A stretch of DNA of 64,000 nucleotides from Gemmatimonadales bacterium (GCA_035637455.1 DASPXE010000098.1:16783-80782), one strand, 5' to 3'. Positions 32,608-42,586 are shown, counted from the first letter of the stretch. Made by a program: numbers and translations. Notes: generated from the letters alone by a model not told the origin.

Positions 32608-33412
32608 GACGATCGTCCGGGAGCTCGCCCCGCGGCTCGAGGGCTACCGGATCGCGCGCGCCCGCCTCGCCAAGACGGACGTGCTGCGCCGCGTGTCGAA
32701 ACCGCGCCTGCTCCGCACTCTCCGGGGCAATACCATCGAGGAAGTGATGCGCCGGGCGAAGCACGCGGTGTTCCGGCTGTCGAGCGGCCACCGGCTGATC
32801 GTGCAGCCGCGCATGACGGGCTCGCTCGTCGTGTACGACCGCGCCCTCACCCGCGACGAAACGAAGTACGCGGTGCTCACCTGCACCATCGATGACGGCC
32901 GCCTGCTGGTGTACCGCGACGTGCGCCGCCTGGGCACGGTGTGGCTGCTGGACGAGAAGGGCTGGGACGCGTACACGAGCCGCCTGGGTCCCGAGCCGCT
33001 CGAAGAGACGTTCACCCCGTTCGTGTTCGCCGAGCGGCTCAACGGAACGCGGACCGCGATCAAGAAGGCGATCATGGATCAGCGCCGCGTCGCCGGAGTC
33101 GGGAACATCTACGCGAACGAGGCGCTGTTCGAAGCGGGGATCGACCCGTCCAAGCCCACCGACAAACTCTCCTTGGACGAGTTCGCCCGCCTGCACGCGG
33201 CCGTGACAGACGTGCTGCTGCGCGCCGTGGACTCATCGGGGACCACGGTGCGCGATTACCGCACTGGGACGGGTGAGTCCGGGCGGTTCCAGTTCGAGCT
33301 GAAGGTATACGGGCGCGGAGGCGAGCCGTGCGTGCAGTGCAGGCAGCGGCTCGTCACGACGCACACGATCGATCTCAGGGCGACGACGTTCTGCGCGAGG
33401 TGCCAGCGCTAG
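32585..33412 (+). CDS. mutM: formamidopyrimidine-DNA glycosylase
   Basis: 275 aa. N-terminal (M)PELPEVE with catalytic Pro2. C-terminal zinc finger CVQC...FCARCQ. 23-nt overlap with purD. Confidence 0.95.
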   Translation: MPELPEVETIVRELAPRLEGYRIARARLAKTDVLRRVSKPRLLRTLRGNTIEEVMRRAKHAVFRLSSGHRLIVQPRMTGSLVVYDRALTRDETKYAVLTCTIDDGRLLVYRDVRRLGTVWLLDEKGWDAYTSRLGPEPLEETFTPFVFAERLNGTRTAIKKAIMDQRRVAGVGNIYANEALFEAGIDPSKPTDKLSLDEFARLHAAVTDVLLRAVDSSGTTVRDYRTGTGESGRFQFELKVYGRGGEPCVQCRQRLVTTHTIDLRATTFCARCQR

Positions 33413-34590
33413 CGCCGACCAGCGATCAGCTCCAGCGCGGCGTCGATGATGCGCTTGAACCCCTGTGCCGATTCCGCTTCGCGCGCGTCGTGTGTGGTAT
33501 TGAAGGCGGCAATCACCGCCGCTTTGGTGCGCGGCTCGAGATAGAAGAACGACCGGAACCCCGCCTGGTGCCCCGTGTGCCCGATGAACCGCACGCCGTC
33601 CCGCCACAGCACGAAGAAGGACAACCCTACTGAATCGCCCGGCGCCTCGCCGTCGGTCGCGAACAGCGGGTGCCACATTTCGTCCAGTGTCGCGCGGGCC
33701 AATACGGTGTCGCTCCCTGCCATGCCGGTCAAGAACGCGACCCACCGCGCGACGTCGCCGAGCGGCGCGTTCCAACCGCCGTTCGGGATCGTGATACCGG
33801 GATCGAACTCGCGACCATTCGCCACGACCGATTCGCGACCGGCGCTGTCGGACACCACGTCGTAGTTGTTGGATCGCTGATCCGCGAGGTGATACGGCGT
33901 AGCGCCGAAGTAGCTGTGCGTGATCCCGAGCGGCGCCCAGAGGTTCTTGTAGACGTAGCTCTGATAGGGGTCGCCGCTGAGCTGCTCGATGATGCGCGCC
34001 AGATAGATGAACCCGGGGTTCGAATAGCTGTAGCGTGACCCCGGCGCAAAGGCGATCTCCTGGTACGGCATCATCGCCACCAGCTGTTCCCACCGCGTCG
34101 GCTCGAACGGCTCCCACGCTTTCCCCGCCTTGTACGGCCACGTGGGATTTTGAAACCCGGCGGAGTGCGACAGCAGCATCCGGATCGTGACGTCGTCCAT
34201 GGAGCCGAACGGGTCGTGCACCTGTCGCAGCTCGGGGATGTAGCGCGTGACGCGGTCGTCGAGCGACAAGCGACGGCGGTCGCGCAGCTGCATGACCGCG
34301 ACCGCGGTGAGCGTTTTAGTGATCGAGCCCCAGTGAAAGATGGTTCGCTCGTCCACGCGCTGCCCCAGCGCGCGATCGGCGAAGCCGTACTCGTGGTGCG
34401 CCAGCACCCGGCCGTCGCCCATCACGAGCACGCTCGCGCCCACGACGCTGTCGCCGGCGGCGAAGGCATCGAATGCCCGGATGAAGGCCGGCCACCCGTC
34501 CGGGGCGGCCGCGCGCGCCGGGCGGCGCTGCCCGCGAGCCGGCGCCGCGAGCAGCACGACCAGCGAGAGTCCCGCCACGACGTGCCTCAT
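33409..34590 (-). CDS. serine hydrolase, beta-lactamase/transpeptidase-like (class C family)
   Basis: 393 aa. Signal peptide. SxxK motif in HWGSITKTLTAVAVM. Confidence 0.8.
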   Translation of the reverse strand: MRHVVAGLSLVVLLAAPARGQRRPARAAAPDGWPAFIRAFDAFAAGDSVVGASVLVMGDGRVLAHHEYGFADRALGQRVDERTIFHWGSITKTLTAVAVMQLRDRRRLSLDDRVTRYIPELRQVHDPFGSMDDVTIRMLLSHSAGFQNPTWPYKAGKAWEPFEPTRWEQLVAMMPYQEIAFAPGSRYSYSNPGFIYLARIIEQLSGDPYQSYVYKNLWAPLGITHSYFGATPYHLADQRSNNYDVVSDSAGRESVVANGREFDPGITIPNGGWNAPLGDVARWVAFLTGMAGSDTVLARATLDEMWHPLFATDGEAPGDSVGLSFFVLWRDGVRFIGHTGHQAGFRSFFYLEPRTKAAVIAAFNTTHDAREAESAQGFKRIIDAALELIAGRR

Positions 34591-35060
34591 AGCGGCACGA
34601 TCCGCGCCCGGGGCGGAATCCCCGGCTCAAGCTCCATGACCCCCACTGACGGCTTGAGATCGAACCGCGGGCGCCCGGCCCCACCCGGATTCAGCACGGT
34701 CACGGTCTTGTCCACGAGCTCGAGCAACGGCTTGTGGGTGTGCCCGTACACGATGATCTCGGCACGTGGGAACGCCTCGTGCAACTTCGCCGGTGTGGGG
34801 TGTCCGAACTGGTCACCGTGCGTCATCACGATCTCGAAGCCGTCCAGCTCGAGGGTCGCGACCTGCGGCAGGCGCGAGCGAAGCTCGGGAGGATCCGCGT
34901 TCCCGAATACCGCCGTCACGGGCGCGATCGCTTCCAGGTCGATCAGGATCTCAGGCTTGCCCACGTCCCCGCCGTGGAGGATGTGGTCGACTTCGCGGAA
35001 TACGTCGAACACCTCAGGTCGGAGCAACCCGTGCGTGTCCGAGATGACGCCCAGCCTCAC
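34587..35060 (-). CDS. metallophosphoesterase (YfcE/MJ0936 family)
   Basis: 157 aa. ISDTHG, HGGDVG, GNAD, YGHTH motifs. Confidence 0.85.
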   Translation of the reverse strand: MRLGVISDTHGLLRPEVFDVFREVDHILHGGDVGKPEILIDLEAIAPVTAVFGNADPPELRSRLPQVATLELDGFEIVMTHGDQFGHPTPAKLHEAFPRAEIIVYGHTHKPLLELVDKTVTVLNPGGAGRPRFDLKPSVGVMELEPGIPPRARIVPL

Positions 35061-35644
35061 TTCCCTTCCCAGCGCTTGACCAGATTGATCTCAAGCCCGA
35101 GGTGGTCGACCACGCGCTGCACGACGAAGTCGACCAAGTCGGACACCTTCTGTGGCTTGTGGTAGAAGCCGGGCGCCGCCGGAAGCACGATCGCCCCCGC
35201 TTCGGTGGCGAGTGTGAGGTTCCGCAGGTGCACCAGCGACAGCGGCGTCTCGCGCGGCACGAGAATCAGCTGGCGGCGCTCCTTGAGCGTCACGTCCGCG
35301 GCCCGCTCGACGAGCGAGCGGCTCGTGCCGTGCGCGATGGCTGCGACTGTGCCCATCGAGCAGGGACAGATCGCCATCCCGGCGGTCCTGGCCGAGCCCG
35401 ACGCCGGCTCCGCGCCGCGATCCGAGTCGTCGAACACGCGTACGCTGGTCCATTCCCCTCCCGTGGCCTTGCGGAGGCCGGCGTCGTCCTTGATGCCGCA
35501 CTCGGCCTCGATCAGCCGCCAGCCGTGGCTCGAGATCATGAGCCAGGTGGGGATGTGATGCATCGCGAGCAGCTCGAGCAGGCGGACGCCGTACGGCGCG
35601 CCGGAGGCCCCGGTGATGGCGAGGATGACCGGGAGCTGGGCCAT
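35057..35644 (-). CDS. ubiX: flavin prenyltransferase UbiX family
   Basis: 195 aa from the ATG at 35644. ITGASGAPYGVRLLE, ICPCSMGTVAAIAHG, ERRQLILVPRETP. Only the C-terminal part of the 681-aa track ORF was accepted. Confidence 0.9.
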   Translation of the reverse strand: MAQLPVILAITGASGAPYGVRLLELLAMHHIPTWLMISSHGWRLIEAECGIKDDAGLRKATGGEWTSVRVFDDSDRGAEPASGSARTAGMAICPCSMGTVAAIAHGTSRSLVERAADVTLKERRQLILVPRETPLSLVHLRNLTLATEAGAIVLPAAPGFYHKPQKVSDLVDFVVQRVVDHLGLEINLVKRWEGK

Positions 35645-36969
35645 CAGCGGCCGTGCCGATTCGGTGTGGGGCTGGCGCTCGTTATCACTACGACGACGCG
35701 GTCCGACTCGGCCGCACTCGCGGGCGGCACCGCGAGCGTCACTCCCGCCGCCGTCTCCGCAACCGGCACCGTAGCCCTGCCGCGCAGCAGGTAGGCCGCA
35801 CGTACTCGAGCGCCGAGCGGCGGCAGCGCCAGCAGCGGGTCGGGCCAGTCGAGCACGTGGACGAACACCGTGTCGCCGCGGCGCGTCGTCGCGCCCCAGC
35901 TGCGGGGCGCCACCGGCCCACCGCGCGTGCCGTAGATCGCCATCCCATACACCCGCAGCCACTCGCCCAGGGAATCGAGCCGTGCGGTGAACTCGGCGCC
36001 GATCGTGCCGTCGGGCCGCGGACCGACGTTGAGCAGCAGGTTGGCGCCGTTGCCGGCGGCGCGGACCAGGTAGCCCACCAGGGTGCGCACCGACTTGAAC
36101 TCCTTGTCGGTGATGTTGAAGCCCCAGGAGTCGTTCATGGTGAGCGACGTTTCGAGCGGCACGTCCGCGCTCACGTAGCTCGTGTTGAACCCCGCCGTGT
36201 TGGCGCCGGGCAGGTCCTGCTCGAACGTCTGCGCGTCTTCGCCCGAGCGCGGTGGCTGGTGGTGGTTGGGGATGACCAGCGCCGCGGGCTGGAGGCGGTG
36301 GATCAGCGCGTACGTCGAGTCGAGTTGCCAGGGGGCGTCCGGCTTGTCCCACATGCCGTCGAACCAGATCCCGCCGACGGCGCCGTAGCGCGTCAGCAGC
36401 TCGGCGAGCTGCGCGTTCATGAACGTGAGGTAGCGGCTCCAGTCGCCGCGGTCGGGGCGGCCGCTGTCCCACGCCGTCCGGCCGCGGGGCCAGTAATCCA
36501 GGTGATGCCAGTCGAGCTGGGAGTAATAGAAGAAGAGCTTGACGCCGGCCGCATGACAGGCGTCCGCGAGCTCCTGCAGCGGATCGCGGCGGAACGGCGT
36601 CCAGTCCACGATGTTGTAGGGCGTCTGCGCCGTCTTGAACATCGAGAAGCCGTCGTGGTGGCGCGAGGTGATCGTGAGGTAGCGGACGCCAGCTCGCTTG
36701 GCGAGCGCGACCCACGCGGCGGCATCGAACTTGGTCGGGTTGAACGTCGCGGCGAGCGACTCGTAATCCGCGACGGCGATCTTGCGGTTGTGCATCACCC
36801 ACTCGCCCGCGCCGAGCTGGCTGTACACGCCCCAATGAATGAACAGCCCGAACTTCGCGTCGGCGAACCAGCGGCGCGCGGCGAGCCGCTCGGCCGGAAC
36901 CGACTCGCCCGCCTGCGCCATCGCGGGAACACCGCCCGCGGTGAGCAGCGCTCCGGCGGTGAGCGCCAC
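35644..36969 (-). CDS. alpha-L-fucosidase (GH29), secreted
   Basis: 441 aa, GTG start. Signal-like N-terminus. GH29 block FGLFIHWGVYSQLGAGEWVM...RYLTITSRHHDGFSMFKT. Confidence 0.85.
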   Translation of the reverse strand: MALTAGALLTAGGVPAMAQAGESVPAERLAARRWFADAKFGLFIHWGVYSQLGAGEWVMHNRKIAVADYESLAATFNPTKFDAAAWVALAKRAGVRYLTITSRHHDGFSMFKTAQTPYNIVDWTPFRRDPLQELADACHAAGVKLFFYYSQLDWHHLDYWPRGRTAWDSGRPDRGDWSRYLTFMNAQLAELLTRYGAVGGIWFDGMWDKPDAPWQLDSTYALIHRLQPAALVIPNHHQPPRSGEDAQTFEQDLPGANTAGFNTSYVSADVPLETSLTMNDSWGFNITDKEFKSVRTLVGYLVRAAGNGANLLLNVGPRPDGTIGAEFTARLDSLGEWLRVYGMAIYGTRGGPVAPRSWGATTRRGDTVFVHVLDWPDPLLALPPLGARVRAAYLLRGRATVPVAETAAGVTLAVPPASAAESDRVVVVITSASPTPNRHGR

Positions 36970-37046
36970 GCGCAGCCGGTTCAGCGTCCCCTCCGGTTCG
37001 GCGTCGGGCTGCGCTTGGGGTGCGCTGGCGGGCGGGGCGGCGGTGG

Positions 37047-37137
37047 GGAACGCGGAACGCGGAACGCGGAAGGCGGAACAGGGGTGCTCGGAGCTCGCCC
37101 ATCTGTTCCGCGTTCCGACTTCCGCGTTCCGCGTTTC
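37047..37137. repeat. hairpin element: inverted arms of 5 tandem heptamers (GGAACGC / GCGTTCC)
   Basis: Left arm 37047-37081 is ggaacgc ggaacgc ggaacgc ggaaggc ggaacag. Right arm 37103-37137 is ctgttcc gcgttcc gacttcc gcgttcc gcgtttc. 21-nt loop. Lies in the divergent fucosidase/kinase intergenic region. Confidence 0.85.
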
Positions 37138-37178
37138 ATAGGATCCGATCGATGAGGCCGCGTGAAAGGTAGAGGCAA

Positions 37179-39470
37179 GTGAGCGGGGGTAGCAACGCGG
37201 AGTTGCGGAGCTACCTTGGGAGTCTGGAGCCTCCCTTGCAGACCGATCAGCTCGAGCGCCTCAACGCCGCCCTCGCCGGGCGCTACGCCGTCGAGCGGGA
37301 GCTCGGCAGCGGGGGGATGGCGACGGTCTACCTCGCCGACGACCTGAAGCACCGCCGGAAGGTGGCCGTCAAGGTCCTGCGACCCGAGCTCGCGTCTATC
37401 ATCGGGCCCGACCGGTTTCTGCGAGAGATCGAGATCGCGGCCAAGCTGAACCACCCACACATCTTGGCATTGTACGACTCCGGCCGGGCTGGCGAGTTCC
37501 TGTTCTACGTCATGCCCTATGTGAAGGGCCAATCTCTCCGCCACAGGCTCCACCGCGAGAAGCCCCTTCCGATCGAGGAGGCCATCGCCGTCACGCGCGA
37601 CGCCGCCCTGGCCCTCGACCACGCCCACGCTCAAGGGGTGATCCACCGGGACGTCAAGCCGGAGAACATCCTGCTTTACGAGGGGGAGGCGATGGTTGCG
37701 GATTTCGGGATCGCCCTGGCGGTGAGCGGCACGTCGGGGCAGCGGCTAACCGAGCGCGGGGTGTGGGTGGGGACGCCCGAGTACATGAGCCCCGAGCAGG
37801 CCTTGGGCGAGGATTCACTGGATGCCCGCAGCGACGTGTATAGCCTGGGGTGCGTCTTGTATGAGCTGTTGGCCGGCGAGCCTCCGTACACCGGACCCAC
37901 CGCGCAAGCAGTGATCGCCAAGCGCCTCGCCGGTCCGGCGCCCGGCGTGCGGCGCCTCCGGGCCACCGTGCCAGGGGGCGTCGAGCAAGCCCTGCTGAGA
38001 GCGCTCGCGACGGTCCCAGCCGACCGGTTCGCCTCCGCGGCCGCGTTCGCGGAGGCGCTCACCGAGCCTCGTGCGGTCCGTCCCAGGCCCAAGTCGATCG
38101 CGGTGCTGCCGTTCACGAACTTGAGCCCGGACCCGGCGAACGAGTACTTCGCCGACGGGATCACCGAGGACATCATCGCGCAGCTGTCGAAGATCCGCGC
38201 CCTCACCGTGATCTCGAGCACTTCGGTGATGCCGCTCAAGCAGCGGCAGCAAAGCCTGCGCGAGATCGGAGCCCGCTTGGATGTCGCGGCGCTGCTCGAA
38301 GGGAGCGTGCGGCGCGACGGAGATCGGGTGCGCATCGTCGCCCAGCTCATCGACGCCGAGACCGACCACCATCTCTGGGCGGAGACCTACGACCGGCACC
38401 TGACCGACATCTTCGTGATCCAAACCGATGTGGCGTTGCGGATCGCCGCGGCGCTCGAAACAGAGCTCTCTCCGGATGAGCAAACCCGGCTTCGTAGGGA
38501 GCCCACCCGGGACCTCCAGGCCTACAAGCTGTATCTCCAGGGGCGCCATTGTTCCTTCCGATATACCCAGGAAGGGATCCGCAAAGGGATCGAGTATTTC
38601 CAGCACGCGATCGTGAAGGACCCGGGCTACTCCCTCGCCTACGTCGGGCTGGCGATGGCATACGCGGAGCTCGGCCTCGCGCACGGGGCGGGTGCGCTGA
38701 AGCCGCGCGAGGCGTATCGACAGGCCCGCAAGGCCGTCGCGAAAGCGCTCGAGCTCGACGACGGCTTGGGTGAAGCGCACGGCGCGGCGGCCTTCCTCAG
38801 ATGCGTGGTCGATTTCGATTGGAGCGGCGCCGAGCTCGAGTTCAAGCGGGCACTCGAGCAGAACCCCGGCAGCGCGGACATCTACGAGCTCTACGGACAC
38901 ATGCTCTCGGCGCTCGAGCGATACGACGAAGCCATCGACGCTCTGACTCGTGCCCAACAGCTCGACCCGCTGGCCCATCGATCCGACCTCGCGGCCACGC
39001 TCATCCGGGCAGGCCGATTCGATGAGGCGGTGCGGGCGGCGGCGCTGGTGATCGACCTCGATCCGCACTATTCGACGGGGCACGCCACCCTGGGGTGGGC
39101 CTACCTGAAAAAGGGCATGTACTCGAAGGGGCTGAGCGAGCTGGAGCAGGCGATCGCTCTGTCTCCCGGTAACACGCTGTTCCTGGCCCAGCTCGGCCAG
39201 GCCTACGCGCTGGTGGGACAAGTGGAGCAGGCCCGCGACGTGCTGGGACGACTGCAGGCGCTGTCGCAACGGCGCTACGTCTCACCCTACCACATGGCGT
39301 ACGTCTACACCGGCCTCGGCGAATCGGAGCGGGCCCTGGACTCGCTGGAACGGGCTTACGAGGAGCGGACCGGCGGGCTGTACGGCATCAAGGGCTCGTT
39401 TCTGTTCACCACGCTGCGCTCGCACCCCAGGTTCACGGCGCTCCTGAGGAAGATGAACCTCGTCTCATGA
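37179..39470 (+). CDS. Ser/Thr protein kinase with TolB-like and TPR C-terminal domains
   Basis: 763 aa, GTG start. GSGGMATVY, VAVK, HRDVKPENILL, DFG, GTPEYMSPE. Then the IAVLPFTNLS...ADGITEDIIAQLS module and TPR repeats. Confidence 0.9.
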   Translation: MSGGSNAELRSYLGSLEPPLQTDQLERLNAALAGRYAVERELGSGGMATVYLADDLKHRRKVAVKVLRPELASIIGPDRFLREIEIAAKLNHPHILALYDSGRAGEFLFYVMPYVKGQSLRHRLHREKPLPIEEAIAVTRDAALALDHAHAQGVIHRDVKPENILLYEGEAMVADFGIALAVSGTSGQRLTERGVWVGTPEYMSPEQALGEDSLDARSDVYSLGCVLYELLAGEPPYTGPTAQAVIAKRLAGPAPGVRRLRATVPGGVEQALLRALATVPADRFASAAAFAEALTEPRAVRPRPKSIAVLPFTNLSPDPANEYFADGITEDIIAQLSKIRALTVISSTSVMPLKQRQQSLREIGARLDVAALLEGSVRRDGDRVRIVAQLIDAETDHHLWAETYDRHLTDIFVIQTDVALRIAAALETELSPDEQTRLRREPTRDLQAYKLYLQGRHCSFRYTQEGIRKGIEYFQHAIVKDPGYSLAYVGLAMAYAELGLAHGAGALKPREAYRQARKAVAKALELDDGLGEAHGAAAFLRCVVDFDWSGAELEFKRALEQNPGSADIYELYGHMLSALERYDEAIDALTRAQQLDPLAHRSDLAATLIRAGRFDEAVRAAALVIDLDPHYSTGHATLGWAYLKKGMYSKGLSELEQAIALSPGNTLFLAQLGQAYALVGQVEQARDVLGRLQALSQRRYVSPYHMAYVYTGLGESERALDSLERAYEERTGGLYGIKGSFLFTTLRSHPRFTALLRKMNLVS

Positions 39471-40376
39471 TGCGATCCGATCTACGAGGGCGCCGAGGAA
39501 CACCACAACACTGACCGCGCCGTTGGCACCGAAGAACGCGGCGTTGAGGCGTGAGAGATCTCCCGGCTTCACGAGCTGGTGCTCCCAGGCGATGAGCCCG
39601 GCCCCGATCGCCACCCCCCCGTAGTAGGCGACGCCGAGCCCCGCGCCGATCCCGAACAGCACGAGCGCGACCAGGGCGAGCCCGTGCAGCAGCTTGGCAG
39701 CGAGGATCGCCCGCCGTTGCCCGAGGCGCACGACCAGCGACTCGAGTCGCTCCGCGCGGTCGAAGTCCTCGTCCTGCAGCGCGTAGAACACGTCGAAGCC
39801 GCCCACCCAGAACGTCACCGCGAGCGCACCGGCGACGAGCAGCCACCACGGCTCGCTCCAGCGTCCTGTGACGGCCAGATAGCCCGCCGGCGTCGCGATC
39901 CCGTCCGCCAGGCCCAGCCACAGGTGCGACCAGTGCGTGAACCGCTTGGCGTAGCTGTACGCCGAAATGAACAGCAACGCGACGGGCGCGAGCGCGAGAC
40001 AGAGTGGGTTCAGCGCCCACGCCGTGCCGAGAAACAGCGCGGCCGCAACGAGTACGGCGGCCCACGCCTGTGCCAGCGTGAGCCGCCCCGACGGCAGCTC
40101 CCGCGCCCGGGTGCGCGGGTTCTTCGCGTCCAGGTCCCGGTCAGCGATCCGGTTGAAGCCCAGCGCCACGAAGCGCGCGCACGTGAACGCGAGCACGACG
40201 AGCGCCAGCAGTCGCCAGGTGACCGGCTGCTCGCGGGACGCCACGAGCAAGCCGAGCAGCGCGAACGGCAGCGCAAACAGGGTGTGGGGGAGTTTGACGA
40301 AGTTGATGTAACGGACGAGGAGGCTCCCCCCGGCGAAGGTCTGGCCCTCGCGCCGCAGCTCAGAGCTCGATGCCAA
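39465..40376 (-). CDS. ubiA: UbiA-family aromatic prenyltransferase (4-hydroxybenzoate polyprenyltransferase / MqnP-like)
   Basis: 303 aa, polytopic. NRIADRDLD Asp-rich motif and second motif YALQDEDFD. Confidence 0.85.
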   Translation of the reverse strand: MASSSELRREGQTFAGGSLLVRYINFVKLPHTLFALPFALLGLLVASREQPVTWRLLALVVLAFTCARFVALGFNRIADRDLDAKNPRTRARELPSGRLTLAQAWAAVLVAAALFLGTAWALNPLCLALAPVALLFISAYSYAKRFTHWSHLWLGLADGIATPAGYLAVTGRWSEPWWLLVAGALAVTFWVGGFDVFYALQDEDFDRAERLESLVVRLGQRRAILAAKLLHGLALVALVLFGIGAGLGVAYYGGVAIGAGLIAWEHQLVKPGDLSRLNAAFFGANGAVSVVVFLGALVDRIAS

Positions 40377-41838
40377 GCTCCCTCCACATCGCGTCCACCT
40401 TTTGCTTCGTCTCGGGATCCATCACGATCCGGTTCGGCCACTCGCGCGCGAACCCTTCTTCCTTCCACTTGCGAGTGGCGTCGATGCCCATCTTTGAGCC
40501 GAAGGTGAAGGCGCGGCTCGAGTGGTCGAGCACGTCGATCGGCCCCAGGGTGAACCGCACGTCGCGCTCGGGATCGATGTGGTTGAGCGCCACCCACCAC
40601 GCCTCCCGCGGGTCCTGAACGTTCACATCCTTATCGAACACGACGATCACCTTGGCGAGTGACATCAGCCCCTGCCCCCAGAGACCGTTCATGACCTTGT
40701 ACGCCTGACCGGGATACTGCTTGTCGATGCTCACGAAGACGAGGTTGTGAAAGATCCCCGCCGCCGGCATGTGGATGTCCACGATTTCGGGGATCGTGAG
40801 CTTGAGGAGCGGCAGGAAGATCCGCTCGGTCGCGTGCCCGAGCCAGTAATCCTCCATCGGCGGCCGGCCGACGATCGTGTGGGGCCAGATCGGCTCGCTG
40901 CGCATCGTCACCGCGGTGACGTGCACCCTGGGGTAGTAGTCCGCGAGCGAGTAGAACCCGGTGTGGTCGCCGAACGGCCCTTCCAGCACCAGCTCCTCCC
41001 CCGGATCGATGTAGCCTTCCACGACGACCTCGGCCTCGGCGGGCACCTCCAGGTCGGAGCTCACCGCCTTCGCGAGCCGCACGGGTTCCTTGCGCAGAAA
41101 GCCGGCGAACAGGAACTCGTCGATCGTGGGCGGGAGCGGCGCCGACGCGGCGTAGATCGACGCGGGGTCGCCCCCCAGCGCGATCGCGACGGGCATCTTC
41201 TCGCCCCGCGCCGCCATCTCGCGCCAGTGCGCGGCACCGACTTTGTGACGCTGCCAGTGCATCGCCAGCTCGTTGCGCCCCAGGACCTGGACTCTGTACA
41301 TCCCCACGTTCCGGACCCCGGACCCCGGATCCCGGGTGATGACCCCGGGCAGTGTGATGTACGGCCCGCCGTCCTCGGGCCAGCACACCGGGATCGGGAA
41401 GCGCGACAGGTCGACGTCCTGGTCCCGCAGCACGACCTCCTGACAGGGCGGCCTCCCGCCGGCCGTCTTGGGCGGAAACTTCGCCACCTCCGCAAGCTGC
41501 GGCAGCATCGCGAGCTTCCCGAACAGGGTGTCCGGAATTTTCAGGTTCAAGAGCGCCGCGATCCGCTCGCCGATCTCATCCAGACATTCCACTCCGAGCG
41601 CCAGCGCCATGCGTCGGTCCGACCCGAACAGGTTCACGGCGACCGGATAGCGCGAGGCACCGCCCTGCACCAGCGTGGGGTGCTGGAACACGAGGGCAGG
41701 CCCACCGCCGGGCGACTTCATGCAGCGGTCGGCGATCTCGGTCATCTCCTTGTCCACGGAGACCGGCCGCTCCACGCGCGCGAGCTCGCCGGCCCGCTCG
41801 ATCGCGCCGACGAACGCGCGCAGGTTATCGAGTGGCAT
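40360..41838 (-). CDS. ubiD: UbiD-family (prFMN-dependent) decarboxylase
   Basis: 492 aa. NLRAFV..IE..GEL.RV, GGPYITLPGVITRDP..G.RNVGMYR. 17-nt overlap with ubiA. Confidence 0.9.
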   Translation of the reverse strand: MPLDNLRAFVGAIERAGELARVERPVSVDKEMTEIADRCMKSPGGGPALVFQHPTLVQGGASRYPVAVNLFGSDRRMALALGVECLDEIGERIAALLNLKIPDTLFGKLAMLPQLAEVAKFPPKTAGGRPPCQEVVLRDQDVDLSRFPIPVCWPEDGGPYITLPGVITRDPGSGVRNVGMYRVQVLGRNELAMHWQRHKVGAAHWREMAARGEKMPVAIALGGDPASIYAASAPLPPTIDEFLFAGFLRKEPVRLAKAVSSDLEVPAEAEVVVEGYIDPGEELVLEGPFGDHTGFYSLADYYPRVHVTAVTMRSEPIWPHTIVGRPPMEDYWLGHATERIFLPLLKLTIPEIVDIHMPAAGIFHNLVFVSIDKQYPGQAYKVMNGLWGQGLMSLAKVIVVFDKDVNVQDPREAWWVALNHIDPERDVRFTLGPIDVLDHSSRAFTFGSKMGIDATRKWKEEGFAREWPNRIVMDPETKQKVDAMWRELGIEL

Positions 41839-42586
41839 GATGGACGGCGCAGATGCCGCCGCTCAGCAGCTCGTAGCGGACATCCGAGAATCCGGCGTCC
41901 CCGAGCCGGCGCGCGAACGCGTCCGGGTCCGGGAACTCGAGCACCGACTCTGGCAGGTAGGTATAGGCGTCTCTATGTTTCGACACCGCGCGACCGATGG
42001 CGGGGAGCACGCGCCGGAAGTAGAAGAGATACGCGGCGCGCAGCGGCGCGAAGCGCGGCGTCGTGAACTCGAGCACTACGAAGCGGGCGCCGGGGCGGAG
42101 TACCCGGTGCGCCTCGCCGAGCCCCGCGTCCAGGTCCGCGAGGTTCCGCACCCCGAACGCGACCATCGCGCCGTCGAAGCGGCGATCGGCGAAGGGAAGC
42201 ACCAGCGCGTCGGCGGCGACGGGACGGGTGCGCGACGCCTTGCCCTTCCCCCGCTCGAGCATCGGCACCACGAAGTCCGCGCCGATCACGCTGCCTGAGA
42301 AGCGCGGCTCGCGCGCCAGCGTCGCCGCCAGGTCCAGGGTGCCCGCGCAGAGATCGAGATAGACGCCGTCCGGTCGCTGCTCCCAACCGAGCCGCCGCAC
42401 CGCGGTCCGGCGCCAGCGGCGGTCCACGTTGAGGCTGAGGAGATGATTGAGGAAGTCGTAGCGCGGCGCGATGGCGGTGAACATGCGGCGCACGTAGGAC
42501 CGCTTCGCGTCACCGCCCGCACTCACGGCTACCTCGCACGCGGGAGACGGGGGAGGCGTCATAGGCGCGAAAGATAGGCCGGGCAA
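41825..42586 (-). CDS. ubiE: demethylmenaquinone/ubiquinone methyltransferase UbiE/MenG
   Basis: 253 aa; an alternative start at 42562 is possible. MFTAIAPRYDFLNHLLSL..DRRWRR, SAM motif LDLCAGT. Confidence 0.88.
   Translation of the reverse strand: MPGLSFAPMTPPPSPACEVAVSAGGDAKRSYVRRMFTAIAPRYDFLNHLLSLNVDRRWRRTAVRRLGWEQRPDGVYLDLCAGTLDLAATLAREPRFSGSVIGADFVVPMLERGKGKASRTRPVAADALVLPFADRRFDGAMVAFGVRNLADLDAGLGEAHRVLRPGARFVVLEFTTPRFAPLRAAYLFYFRRVLPAIGRAVSKHRDAYTYLPESVLEFPDPDAFARRLGDAGFSDVRYELLSGGICAVHHATR

Noticed and set aside
35057-37102. 681-aa ORF spanning ubiX and the fucosidase region.
   Set aside because: UbiX homology starts at MAQLPVILAITGASG (ATG 35644). The upstream portion is an alternative frame of the GH29 gene.
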